Below are positions 19,882 to 30,943 of a stretch of DNA of 64,000 nt, piece by piece. The translations under genes were made by a program, and so were the position numbers. The stretch's first letter is position 1; each line of letters opens with the position of its first letter. The notes below the pieces were generated by a model, which was given only the letters and a program-made list of their open reading frames with translations, made no database searches and was not told the DNA's origin. The stretch is from Deltaproteobacteria bacterium (GTDB lineage: Bacteria > Myxococcota_A > Polyangia > Polyangiales > Houyiibacteriaceae): positions 64,001-128,000 of the forward strand of contig JAXMNT010000019.1 of assembly GCA_034670305.1 (NCBI GenBank). The letters run 5' to 3'.

Positions 19882-20604
19882 TCAAGCGTCGCCGCGCGCG
19901 ATCTGGGCGAAACGCCGAAGCAGCTGGGTGCCGTGGTCGGTGTCGCGCAGGCCCGCACCAAGCGCTGCGGGCGAAAACCCCTCCGCTTCGAGTTCCACTG
20001 CGCGCACGTCCAGGTACGCTCGGATCACCTCCGCATCCATCTCCGGATGGAACTGAACGCCCCAGGCCGAGGGTCCGATGCGAAAGGCATGGTTCGCATC
20101 CCGCGCGGCGACCGCCAGCCGCACGACCTCGAGCGCGTCGGGGTCCGGCAAGCGCGTCACGGACTGAACGTGGGTGGTCATGATGCACAGCGGGTCGGGC
20201 AAGCCGCCGAAGAGCCGGTCGGTCCGCGCTGCGGAGAGCGCTTCGACCACGGTCGTGCCCATCTGCCGCCCGAGCGGGTTGTTCTCCACCGTGCCTCCGA
20301 ACGCATCGGCCAAGAGCTGATGCCCGTAGCAGACGCCGAGCGTGGGCACGCCCTGCTCAACCTGTCGGCGCAGCCAACCCGCGCATCGTTCGGACCAGTC
20401 GGCGCGGTCGGTGACCATCGCGCCGCTCCCGGTGACGAGGATGGCCGACGGAGCCTCCGGGAGTGGCGCACCCGCCGCCACGTCGACGACTTCGGTCGCG
20501 ACGCCCAGTCCGAGCGCGAACCAGTCTTCGAAGTCCCCGCGTCGCGCAACGAGTGCGGGGAGCGCGCTGCCGACCTTCACCACGAGGATGGGCGACGCGC
20601 TCAA
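19882..20604 (-). CDS. Class I glutamine amidotransferase
   Basis: VTGS, LGVCYGHQ and VQFHPE; the TTG start overlaps the upstream TGA. Confidence 0.9.
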   Translation of the reverse strand: MSASPILVVKVGSALPALVARRGDFEDWFALGLGVATEVVDVAAGAPLPEAPSAILVTGSGAMVTDRADWSERCAGWLRRQVEQGVPTLGVCYGHQLLADAFGGTVENNPLGRQMGTTVVEALSAARTDRLFGGLPDPLCIMTTHVQSVTRLPDPDALEVVRLAVAARDANHAFRIGPSAWGVQFHPEMDAEVIRAYLDVRAVELEAEGFSPAALGAGLRDTDHGTQLLRRFAQIARGDA

Positions 20605-21563
20605 AACAAGTCCTCGAACTCGTCTTCCCAGCCGTCGGGTTCTCCGTCCGAGGCACCGGTCGAGCGCTCGCGGGGTGCCGTGTCGGGCGGACCGAAGAGG
20701 TCGAAGTCCTCGTCGGCGACGTCCAACCCATCGGGCGGCTCCGCTTCCACGAACGGTTGACTCGGGTGGTCGATGTAGCTCTCTTTCGGATCGCCTCGGA
20801 AGTGCGAGACCGGTTGGGGTGGCAGGTCGGGGGGCGCAAACGCAGCCCGCTTCACCACGCCTTCCGCAAGCGGATCGAGCAAGCGGCCGGGCCGGACGAA
20901 CCCCTGGCGGGGGTGGGCCTCGTTCTCGACCGTCGGGAGGGCGAAGGTGCTCCCCACGGACTTGAGCGCTTGGTCGTTCTTCTGGCCGACACGGAATGAA
21001 CCCCAGGTCCACACTTCGCGCCAGTCCGCGGCCAGCACCGGCTGCGCGAGCGGAAGGCAGAGTCGGAACTTCGGCCGCTTCGTGGTGTGCGACCAAGTGG
21101 TGTGCACGATGTGGTACCAGTCCGACCAGATCGCCGACGCCTCCTCGATGCCGATGCCCGCATCGAAGTCCTGCACCAGACACGAGATGTGGATCACGTT
21201 GTCGGACTCACGTCGTTTGCCCTCTTCGTAGAGCGCCGGCGACCACAACCGCAGGTCGGTCTTGATGCGACCGTGCGCTTTCATGACGAGCCGCTCGTAG
21301 GCTGCGCGCGCGCCTTCCTTGCCACCCTTCTTCGCGGCTCGGACCAGGATGCCCCAACGGCGGCCACCGAGACGCTCGCCCCGCTCGTACGATGCCCAGG
21401 CTTCTTCGATGCGCTGGATGTCCCGTTGAACCTGCCGCGCCATCTTCGGTTTGGTCTGAAACCGAAGAAGGCCGCTGGTGAGCTGTTGAAGCGTGAGCAC
21501 GTCCCGCGCGGGCGTCGTGTCGAACACCCTCTTGAACGTCGCAATGGCGAAACGCGAGGCCAT
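20601..21563 (-). CDS. Stand-alone AEP-like primase/polymerase-domain protein
   Basis: WSPA..RR..NV...LVQDFD (DxD), HTTWSH, PKFRLCLPL..PV and ND resemble the primase module N-terminal to VapE/D5 helicases; no helicase follows. Confidence 0.65.
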   Translation of the reverse strand: MASRFAIATFKRVFDTTPARDVLTLQQLTSGLLRFQTKPKMARQVQRDIQRIEEAWASYERGERLGGRRWGILVRAAKKGGKEGARAAYERLVMKAHGRIKTDLRLWSPALYEEGKRRESDNVIHISCLVQDFDAGIGIEEASAIWSDWYHIVHTTWSHTTKRPKFRLCLPLAQPVLAADWREVWTWGSFRVGQKNDQALKSVGSTFALPTVENEAHPRQGFVRPGRLLDPLAEGVVKRAAFAPPDLPPQPVSHFRGDPKESYIDHPSQPFVEAEPPDGLDVADEDFDLFGPPDTAPRERSTGASDGEPDGWEDEFEDLF

Positions 21564-21581
21564 TGCACAGAGTCTACCGCG

Positions 21582-21847
21582 CTAGCGGGCTGCTGAAGAA
21601 CGCCCGCTGGGCGTTCTTCAGCAGCCTGCCCCTTGCCCCTGCCCTTGCCTTTGCCCCTGCCCGCGCGCGTCGCGCGGCTTCGGAGCTGCGCCGGCGCAGC
21701 ACCGACCGATGCCCGGCGGCTTCGTGCTGGGCATCGGGCTCCGATTCGCGGCCCCGCCGTCGCGAAACACACGGCGTCCACGACGCGGGCAAGGGCAACG
21801 GCAAGGGCAACGGCAAGGGAGCAGGTCGCTTTTCAGCGACCTGCTAG
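21582..21847. mobile_element. MITE-like palindromic miniature element
   Basis: CTAG at both ends, imperfect 14-bp TIRs (10/14), terminal hairpins and nested inverted repeats; no credible ORF. Confidence 0.65.
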
Positions 21848-22668
21848 CGGGCCGACATCTCGACGGTGCAGAGACCGGTGCCTTCGGGCGACTGGGCGTA
21901 GGCCACGCAGCGGCCCTCGTCGGAGGGACAGGTGTCCGCATCGAGCGAACAGATCCGCGCGCATGTCATCTCGAAGAAGCCGGCGCAGGTGAGACCCGCC
22001 TCGCAGTCGTTGGGTTCGACGCACGGGTCCGCGACGCCGGCGGTGCCGGCTTCGCGGCAGTCGGTGTCCCCCATGGAACTGACGATGTAACAGCCTTCGG
22101 TCGGCTCACAGGCGGTGGTGTCGAGCACATCGCACGCTCGGGGCGCAAAACACTCCCCGAAGGCGACCTCGGTACCGTCGATCAGCACCCCGCTTCCGCC
22201 GCAGCGATGCCCTTCTTCACACGCCCCCGTGGTGTCCGCGCCACAGCAGATCTGGCCGCAGGTCCCGACGCCACGCTTCAGGAAACACGCGAGCCCGGCC
22301 GCGCACTGTTCGGTTCGTTCGCAGGCAGAGCCAGCCAGGCCGCGACCGGCCATCGGGACACACAGCGGCGCTTCGGTGTGCAGTACGCAGACCCCCGCGA
22401 CACAGCCGCTGGGTCCGGTGGGATCGCACGCCCCGCCGCACTCCATGGCGCCGACGTCTGGGGCCGGCGCGTCGGACAACGATCCGTCACGCCCGCTGTC
22501 GGAGGTGATGGGGGCATCGATGATGGACGCATCTCGGCGTCCTGAATCGACTCCCCCGTCGAACCCGCCATCGTCGTCACCGCATGCGCTTCCCGCGAAG
22601 ACCGCGAGAAGCGCTGCGAACCAGATCGAGCCAGTCGGCGATTGCACGTGTGGACAGTGTGTGCCCAT
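21844..22668 (-). CDS. Cys-rich lipoprotein
   Basis: GSACGDDD lipobox and repeated G..C....C..GL.C modules. Confidence 0.75.
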   Translation of the reverse strand: MGTHCPHVQSPTGSIWFAALLAVFAGSACGDDDGGFDGGVDSGRRDASIIDAPITSDSGRDGSLSDAPAPDVGAMECGGACDPTGPSGCVAGVCVLHTEAPLCVPMAGRGLAGSACERTEQCAAGLACFLKRGVGTCGQICCGADTTGACEEGHRCGGSGVLIDGTEVAFGECFAPRACDVLDTTACEPTEGCYIVSSMGDTDCREAGTAGVADPCVEPNDCEAGLTCAGFFEMTCARICSLDADTCPSDEGRCVAYAQSPEGTGLCTVEMSAR

Positions 22669-23445
22669 TCAGGGCATCACGCACACGCCCTCGTCGTCGA
22701 ATCCGCTCAGCCCGCCGCACTCGAGTGGCGCGGTGCAGGAGGGTTCCCCACCGCCAACGCGGCAGAGCTTGGCGCAGACGCCATCGGCCAGACACACGAG
22801 GCCGGGCGCACAGCTGTTGGAGGCGGAGCACTCTTCGCCCTCCGCGTCCATACCCGCGCCAAGACAGTCCGTGCTGCCGTCCCCGCCGATGGGGTAGCAG
22901 CCGGTGCCGGAGCGGGTGCAGTCCTGCGTGAGCAAGTTGCAGCCCGAAGGCGTGATGCACGCACCGAAGCCGAGGCTGACGCCGCCTTCGCCCGCGAAGT
23001 TCAAACAGGTCTCGCCCGCCGCCGTGTTGCAGTTGAGGTCCGACCCTCCGCAGCACACCAGCGCACAGACGTCGTTCTGACAGACGTGGCCTTCTTGGCA
23101 GTCGTTCGGTGCCGAGCAGGCGGCGCCAGTTCCGGCGGAGCCCGCCGCGACGCAGACGGGCATCATGCCGTCCCAGTAGCACCCTTCGCCGGCCGCACAG
23201 CCCGCGTTGGTTTCGAGGTTGCACGCACCGGCCGGGCACATCGCCGTCATGCCGCCGGTGTCGACCCCCATCATGCCGGTGTCGACCCCCATCATGCCGG
23301 TGTCGACCCCCATCATGCCGGTGTCGATCCCGCCGGTGTCCATGCCCGAAAAGGCATCGGTGCCTCCGTCCATGCCCATACGGGAGTCATCGTCACCACA
23401 ACCGACCAGCGCGAGCGCGGCCACCACCAAGACAAGCTTCCTCAT
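22669..23445 (-). CDS. Cys-rich lipoprotein, paralogue-like to the downstream gene
   Basis: GGAGG RBS, MRKLVLVVAALALVGCGDDD, 21-bp repeats encoding DTGMMGV, and the same Cys modules. Confidence 0.8.
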   Translation of the reverse strand: MRKLVLVVAALALVGCGDDDSRMGMDGGTDAFSGMDTGGIDTGMMGVDTGMMGVDTGMMGVDTGGMTAMCPAGACNLETNAGCAAGEGCYWDGMMPVCVAAGSAGTGAACSAPNDCQEGHVCQNDVCALVCCGGSDLNCNTAAGETCLNFAGEGGVSLGFGACITPSGCNLLTQDCTRSGTGCYPIGGDGSTDCLGAGMDAEGEECSASNSCAPGLVCLADGVCAKLCRVGGGEPSCTAPLECGGLSGFDDEGVCVMP

Positions 23446-23593
23446 GCGATCCTCCACCTTCGTTGTCCGAGGGAATGCGGGGCATCCCCTCGCTCCCAAC
23501 CCCTGCTTGGTAGCAGGGATGGCGCGCAAGTGGCAATTGGTTGCCACGACGCCAGTCGCGCGAAGCGAGCCAGGCCCGTAGCGGCAGCAAAGA

Positions 23594-25294
<1,701 letters not shown>

Positions 25295-25612
25295 CTACGC
25301 CCGTGTGGAGCACGCGGAGGGCGGCCGCGCACCGGGAGGGAACGCTACGGGGCGGTGGCTGCGTTGTCAACGCGAGGTCCCGGCCCGATCTCGGCTGCAT
25401 CTTTACAAACTGTTTACTTGTAAAGTGCCTGTGATGGCTGTTCCCCTGTAAAACACTGGGTTTCGGTCTTGACGCATTGCGTTGTTTTGGCTATTCCATG
25501 ATGCGTTGCGCAAGTCGTGTGAAATAGTAAACGCACGCCGGCCCTTGGGACGAACGCTCTGCGTCGTCACCGCAACTGGTCGATTGGTGGCAACTTCACC
25601 TTGGAGAATCAG

Positions 25613-26524
25613 ATGAGCATCGAAACCGTGGGTGTCGTGGGTTGTGGCCAGATGGGCCGAGGCATCGTGCAAGCGTGCGCAACAGCTGGTTTTCAGGTGA
25701 AAGCGATCAAAGCCACCGGCGGAGATCTGACGAAGGTCCAGGCGAAGTTCGACAAGTCGATCGGCCGGCAGCTGCAGAAGGGTCGGATCGACCAGGCGAC
25801 GCACGATCAGATCTTGGCGCGCATCGAACTCACGTCCGACCTCGCGTGCATCGCCGATTGCGATCTCGTCATCGAGTCCGCACTCGAAGACATGGAGACC
25901 AAAGTCGCGCTCCTTCGGGATCTCGAGTCCCGCATGACCAACGGGGCGGTGCTCGCCTCCAACACCTCATCGCTTCCGTTGAACGACCTGGCGGCGAAGC
26001 TCAACCGTCCGGCGCAGTTCCTCGCGCTGCACTTCTTCAACCCCGCCCACGTCATGAAACTGGTCGAGCTCGGCGTGACCGAGCAGACCGCCCCGGGTGC
26101 GCTGGAGACCTGCCGCGCCTTCTGCGTCGCCATCGGCAAGACGCCCGTGCAGGTCAGCGCGTCTCCGGGCTACGTGGTCAACCGCCTGCTCGTCCCGTAC
26201 ATGCTCCACGCCATCGAGACCCTCGAGAGCGGCATCGCGGGGCCGGGCGCCATCGACACCGCCATGCAGCTCGGCTGCAACCACCCCATCGGCCCGCTCG
26301 CGCTCGCGGACCTCATCGGCCTCGACGTGGTCATGGCCATGGCGACCACCTTGTCGCGCGAGCTCCAGGACACCCGCTACCGGATCCCCTCCACCCTGCG
26401 CGCCCTCGTCTCGTCGCAACAGCTCGGCTGCAAGACCGGCGTCGGCATCTACGACTACGCCGGCGAGCAACCCGTCCTCAACCCCGCCCTGCGCTTCACC
26501 CCGGTCGCGGACGCCGCCGAGTAG
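25613..26524 (+). CDS. 3-hydroxybutyryl/3-hydroxyacyl-CoA dehydrogenase
   Basis: GCGQMGRGI, ASNTSSL, HFFNPA, PGYVVNRL and HPIGPLALADLIGLD. Confidence 0.93.
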   Translation: MSIETVGVVGCGQMGRGIVQACATAGFQVKAIKATGGDLTKVQAKFDKSIGRQLQKGRIDQATHDQILARIELTSDLACIADCDLVIESALEDMETKVALLRDLESRMTNGAVLASNTSSLPLNDLAAKLNRPAQFLALHFFNPAHVMKLVELGVTEQTAPGALETCRAFCVAIGKTPVQVSASPGYVVNRLLVPYMLHAIETLESGIAGPGAIDTAMQLGCNHPIGPLALADLIGLDVVMAMATTLSRELQDTRYRIPSTLRALVSSQQLGCKTGVGIYDYAGEQPVLNPALRFTPVADAAE

Positions 26525-26539
26525 CGGGCTCCAAAAGCG

Positions 26540-26585
26540 AACGAAGAGAGAAACCAGCGCCCTCCCGCGCTGGCTTCTTTCGTTT
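26540..26585 (+). terminator. Probable terminator hairpin
   Basis: CCAGCGC/GCGCTGG stem with purine/pyrimidine extensions and a T-rich tail, after the stop codon. Confidence 0.55.
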
Positions 26586-26592
26586 CGAGTCT

Positions 26593-26860
<268 letters not shown>

Positions 26861-26914
26861 TAGCCTCTTCCTTCGGAAGTCGGCTCCTTCATCCTTCGGA
26901 CTCGGAGGGGCCTG

Positions 26915-27044
26915 GGTGGGCTTGCTGGCTCGGCGGCATTTTCATCGTGGCGGAGTGCTCGGCCGCCTCAAGGGTGCCTTCGGCCCCAGCCTTCGGAAGG
27001 CTGGCTTCGCCCTTGACCCGCCCTCCGCTCTCCACCGGGGGCGC
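26915..27044 (+). promoter_or_regulatory. Conserved structured non-coding leader, copy A
   Basis: Collinear similarity to the minus strand of 32552-32710; TCAAGGG/CCCTTGA stem enclosing hairpins. Confidence 0.7.
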
Positions 27045-27099
27045 ACAGAGTGCGCCGCCGAGCAACGTTGCTCATCTTCTTCGGCGCGAGGAGGCTCGG

Positions 27100-27411
27100 A
27101 TGATTGTTCTCGAATCTACTTTCGTTCTCGTTGGTGAGTTGCGCGATGTGCTGGCGGCGGTTTCTCGCAAGGACCGTTCGCTCGCGGACCAGATCCGGCG
27201 GGCGGCTCAGTCCGTCGTGTTGAACTGCGCGGAGGCACAGCATGCGCGCGGAAAGCGGAGCGTGGACCGTTTCTCCATCGCATACGGCGAGGCGAGCGAG
27301 TTGAAGGCGGCGCTGCGGTTGGTCCGGGTGTTTGGATACGCCGAGGTGGGTGAACCGGTGCTGCGGCGCTGCGATGAGGTCTGCGCAATGTTGTATCGCC
27401 TCAGTCGGTAG
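27100..27411 (+). CDS. Four-helix-bundle protein (23S IVS/bAvd-like family), 103 aa
   Basis: GAGGAGG RBS; LADQIRRAAQSVVLNCAEA...F.IAYGEASELKAAL signature; T-rich codons unlike the neighbouring genes. Confidence 0.88.
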   Translation: MIVLESTFVLVGELRDVLAAVSRKDRSLADQIRRAAQSVVLNCAEAQHARGKRSVDRFSIAYGEASELKAALRLVRVFGYAEVGEPVLRRCDEVCAMLYRLSR

Positions 27412-27462
27412 GTCGACACCGAGGCCCGCACAGGAGCGGGCCTCGGCCTCGGCTTCGGCTCC

Positions 27463-28023
27463 CTACTCCTCCGCGGGCGCGAAGTTCATCGCCACACCGT
27501 TGATGCAGTAGCGCAGCCCCGTCGGCTCCGGGCCGTCGGGGAAGACGTGGCCCAGGTGTCCGTTGCAGCGTGCGCACAAGACCTCGGTGCGGACCATGCC
27601 GAACGCGGTGTCGGCGTCTTCGAGCACCCGGCCGTCTTCGATCGGCGCGGTGAAGGAAGGCCAGCCGGTGCCCGACTCGAACTTCGTGGCGGATGCGAAG
27701 AGCGGCGCGCCGCATCCGGCGCAGACGTAGGTGCCAGCGCGGTGTTCGTCCCAGGTGCGGTCGGTGTACGGGCGCTCGGTGCCCTTCTCTCGAAGCACGT
27801 AGTACTGCGCTTCGGTCAGGCGCTCGCGCCACTCGGCTTCGGTGAGCACGAGTCGGTCACCGATCGGTGGCGCCGGTCCGAGCACGACTTCGTCATGGTC
27901 AGACTCCGAAGAAGCCGTGGTCGAAGACGCGCTCGGCGCTTCTCCACGGCTGCACCCGAGTGAGCCGCACGCCGCGAGCAAGGGAGTCGATGCGAGTCCG
28001 AAGAGGAAGTGGCGTCGTTGCAT
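27463..28023 (-). CDS. msrB: Peptide-methionine (R)-S-oxide reductase with Tat-like signal
   Basis: MQRRHFL leader; [28 protein letters not shown] and RYCIN. Confidence 0.95.
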   Translation of the reverse strand: MQRRHFLFGLASTPLLAACGSLGCSRGEAPSASSTTASSESDHDEVVLGPAPPIGDRLVLTEAEWRERLTEAQYYVLREKGTERPYTDRTWDEHRAGTYVCAGCGAPLFASATKFESGTGWPSFTAPIEDGRVLEDADTAFGMVRTEVLCARCNGHLGHVFPDGPEPTGLRYCINGVAMNFAPAEE

Positions 28024-28073
28024 ACAAGAGTCCTTACGTCGGGGCCCGCCCCCCGTTACGCGCGCGGGCATCC

Positions 28074-28468
28074 TTCGGATCGGCTTCTGCGTCGGCTTCT
28101 CTGCGTCGGCTTCTCTGCGTCGGCGTCGGCTTCGGCTTCTGCGTCGGCTTCGGCGTCGGCTTCTGCGTCGGCGTCGGCTTCTGCGTCGGCGTCGGCTTCG
28201 GCTTCTGCGTCGGCTTCTGCGTCGGCTTCTGCGTCGGCTTCTGCGTCGGCTTCTGCGTCGGCTTCTGCGTCGGCTTCTGCGTCGGCTTCTGCGTCGGCTT
28301 CTGCGTCGGCTTCGGCGTCGGCGTCGGCGTCGGCATCGGCTTCGGCGTCGGCTTCGGCGTCGGCGTCGGCGTCGGCTTCGGCGTCGGCTTCGGCGTCGGC
28401 TTCGGATTCGGCGTCGGCGTCGGACTCGGATTCGGATTCGGCTTCGGCTTCGGCTTCCGCCTCCGCCC
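28074..28468. repeat. Microsatellite (GGCTTC/TGCGTC/GGCGTC/GGATTC)n
   Basis: A ~390-bp tract of 6/12-bp periodicity between the dinB stop and the msrB start. Confidence 0.95.
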
Positions 28469-29662
28469 TCAGGAGCCGCCCGGCTTCCCGTCCGGCGGCG
28501 CGTCGACCAGGGTGCCGCGCACGATCGTGCCGCTGCCGAACTTGTGTCCGAGCGCTTGGGTGAGCGCTTCGATCTGTTCGCGTTTCTTCTTCCGTTCGTC
28601 CGGGAAGAGCACCGGCTCGGGCGGCCCACTCGTGAGCTCGCCGACGCTCACCCCGGTCAATCGAATGCCGCGGTGCAGGTCCTCGAACTTCGCGAGGAGC
28701 ACGCGTACGGCGTCGTAGATCGAGTCGGTGTCCGCCACGCTCTCTGGCAAACGCATTTGCCGGCTCCGGACCCGGTGGTTGCCGTACTTGATCTTGAGCG
28801 TGACCACCTGCGCGCGCAGGTCGAGTCGGCTGAGCCGGCCGGCCACCCGCGCCGACTGTTGCAAGAGCACCGGCTCGAGCTGCGCGGCGGTGTGTCGATC
28901 CTTCTCGAAGGTCTGCTCGGCGCCCAGGCTCTTCGCGCCCCGCTCGGACACCACTTCACGGTCGTCGATGCCGTGCGCGAACGCGTGGATGTGGCGGCCC
29001 CACGATCCGAGGAGGGACTCGAGCGCATCCGGGTCGGTGGAGGCCAGATCGCCGAACGTGTGAAACCCGCACGCATGAAGACGCTCCGCCGCCTTGGGGC
29101 CCACGCCCCACATGCGCTCGATTTTTAGCGGCGCGAGGAACGCGCGTTTGCCTTCCTCCGCGACCACCACCAGGCCGTCGGGTTTGTCGAGGTCGCTGGC
29201 CACCTTCGCGACGAACTTGTTCGGGGCGACCCCCGCGCTTCCCCGCAGCCCGGTCGCGTCGAAGATGTCCTGCTTGATGCGCTTGGCGATCGTGACCGGA
29301 TCCCCGATCGCCGCGCGGCTCCCGGTGACGTCCAAGAACGCTTCGTCCAGGCTCAAGCCCTCCACAATCGGCGTGTAGCGGTGGAAGACGTCGAACACGG
29401 CATCGCTGACTTCTTGGTAGCGCTCCATGCGCCCCGACACGACGACCGCGTGCGGACAGCGCTGCATGGCTTCGACCATCGACATCGCACTGCGCACCCC
29501 GAACTTCCGAACCTCGTACGAGGCGGCGGCCACCACGCCACGACGCGAGTGCCCGCCCACGATGACCGGCTTGCCCCGCAGCGACGGGTCGTCGAGCTGC
29601 TCCACCGACGCGTAGAACGCATCCATGTCGACATGCAGGATCCCGCGCTCCATCGCGCGCAT
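28469..29662 (-). CDS. dinB: DNA polymerase IV
   Basis: [31 protein letters not shown] and [11 protein letters not shown]. Confidence 0.96.
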   Translation of the reverse strand: MRAMERGILHVDMDAFYASVEQLDDPSLRGKPVIVGGHSRRGVVAAASYEVRKFGVRSAMSMVEAMQRCPHAVVVSGRMERYQEVSDAVFDVFHRYTPIVEGLSLDEAFLDVTGSRAAIGDPVTIAKRIKQDIFDATGLRGSAGVAPNKFVAKVASDLDKPDGLVVVAEEGKRAFLAPLKIERMWGVGPKAAERLHACGFHTFGDLASTDPDALESLLGSWGRHIHAFAHGIDDREVVSERGAKSLGAEQTFEKDRHTAAQLEPVLLQQSARVAGRLSRLDLRAQVVTLKIKYGNHRVRSRQMRLPESVADTDSIYDAVRVLLAKFEDLHRGIRLTGVSVGELTSGPPEPVLFPDERKKKREQIEALTQALGHKFGSGTIVRGTLVDAPPDGKPGGS

Positions 29663-29716
29663 GTTAGCAGCCGGGTGAGACGGTCTGTGCGCCGAGCACG
29701 CTCGGACGCGGGAAGC

Positions 29717-30271
29717 TCAGCTGAACTGCTTCAGGTGGTGCGCGCGACGCGTGGACGGATCGTAGAAGACGAACACCGAGCCGTGCATGTAGTACGAGTC
29801 CACCCGGGCGACGAAACGCCAGCCGTCCCCTCTCGGGGGATCGGGCGACTGGACCCAGACCGGCTCGCCGAGCTGGAGCCAGAGCTTGTCCTCCGGCCCG
29901 TACGCAGAGGCCGCTTCGATGAGGTGGGCTTTGCCGGAGTCGACCTCTGCGAACGTCGCGGGGCCTTCTTCGAATGTCTCCGCCCACTCCGATCCACGGG
30001 TCGGGTCGGCCGGTGGGCTGCCGTCCACGTCGACGAGCGTCCAGGTGTCGCCGTCCTGCTGTACGACGAAGGTCTCATCGACCGCGCCGGTGGCGAATCC
30101 GACACAGAGCGCGTGGTGTCCCGCGAGGTCGTCGAAGAGCACGCCGAGATCGAGCAGGACGAGCGGCTCGAAGAACCGCGGGTCGAGGCTGGGCTGGGTG
30201 ATCACTCGGGGCGGATGGCACACGTGCGGGCCCGAGGGCGAGAGTTCGAAGCGATGGACGGGAGGAGACAT
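29717..30271 (-). CDS. Hypothetical protein
   Basis: Coding-like codon bias; the C-terminal GEPVWVQ..F.ARVDS..G.VFVFY is weakly DUF1963-like; start uncertain. Confidence 0.55.
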   Translation of the reverse strand: MSPPVHRFELSPSGPHVCHPPRVITQPSLDPRFFEPLVLLDLGVLFDDLAGHHALCVGFATGAVDETFVVQQDGDTWTLVDVDGSPPADPTRGSEWAETFEEGPATFAEVDSGKAHLIEAASAYGPEDKLWLQLGEPVWVQSPDPPRGDGWRFVARVDSYYMHGSVFVFYDPSTRRAHHLKQFS

Positions 30272-30377
30272 CGGCGAACCATGCCTCGCGAAGCTGGTCT
30301 CTGACCAGAGCGCGGAGACTGGCAAGGCCATCGAGAGGTATGCTGCACAACTTGCCAGGATATGAATGGGGACGCTG

Positions 30378-30908
30378 TCAGTCACCGAAATCAACGCAGC
30401 TTACGGCGCGGCAACGAAAACACCGTGAACTCCCGGTCACTTGGTACCTGGTACAACGCTCTCCAACTCCACATTCGTCATCGTCGGCGCAGCGATCCCT
30501 TCCGCTTCTACACTCAAGTGCCACCGCTTGAGCTGCGCCGTCTCGGCGATAGCAACCCAGTGACACGCCGCAGTCTTCGAGGGGGCAATCACCGGTACAG
30601 CGATCAGGCAAGCACCTGTTCCGGCCATCAGGATCCGCAGAACAAACGCACCTTTCTCCTGCGGCGCAGTCCTCGCTTGTCGCGCAGTCATGATAGGTAC
30701 ATTCGTGTTGGGTAGATGAGATTCGATGGCACCTGCCCTCGACTCCGTCGGTGCACTCCGAGTGAGTCCTGCAGCCCACGCCTCCTGGTCCAGGAAACAA
30801 ACCGTCGAAGTCACGGGGTCCGAGATCGCAGCGATCGGCCACAACCCTCGGGTCGCTTTCCCAACTGGCGCATCCAACAACTAGGAAGAAGAGTAGGAAC
30901 CTCACCAC
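30378..30908 (-). CDS. Cys-rich lipoprotein with atypical codon usage
   Basis: VVRFLLFFLVVGC signal and many regularly spaced Cys residues; visibly lower GC. Confidence 0.6.
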   Translation of the reverse strand: MVRFLLFFLVVGCASWESDPRVVADRCDLGPRDFDGLFPGPGGVGCRTHSECTDGVEGRCHRISSTQHECTYHDCATSEDCAAGERCVCSADPDGRNRCLPDRCTGDCPLEDCGVSLGCYRRDGAAQAVALECRSGRDRCADDDECGVGERCTRYQVTGSSRCFRCRAVSCVDFGD

Positions 30909-30943
30909 CGGCACTCCCCCCGCAAAAAGTAGATCGAGTTGGA

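Noticed and set aside
20601-21847. Prophage or ICE remnant around the primase-like gene
   Set aside because: No integrase, helicase or structural genes; the gene has host-like codon usage and is coupled to housekeeping genes.
29663-29716. SOS/LexA box upstream of dinB
   Set aside because: No convincing palindrome is visible.
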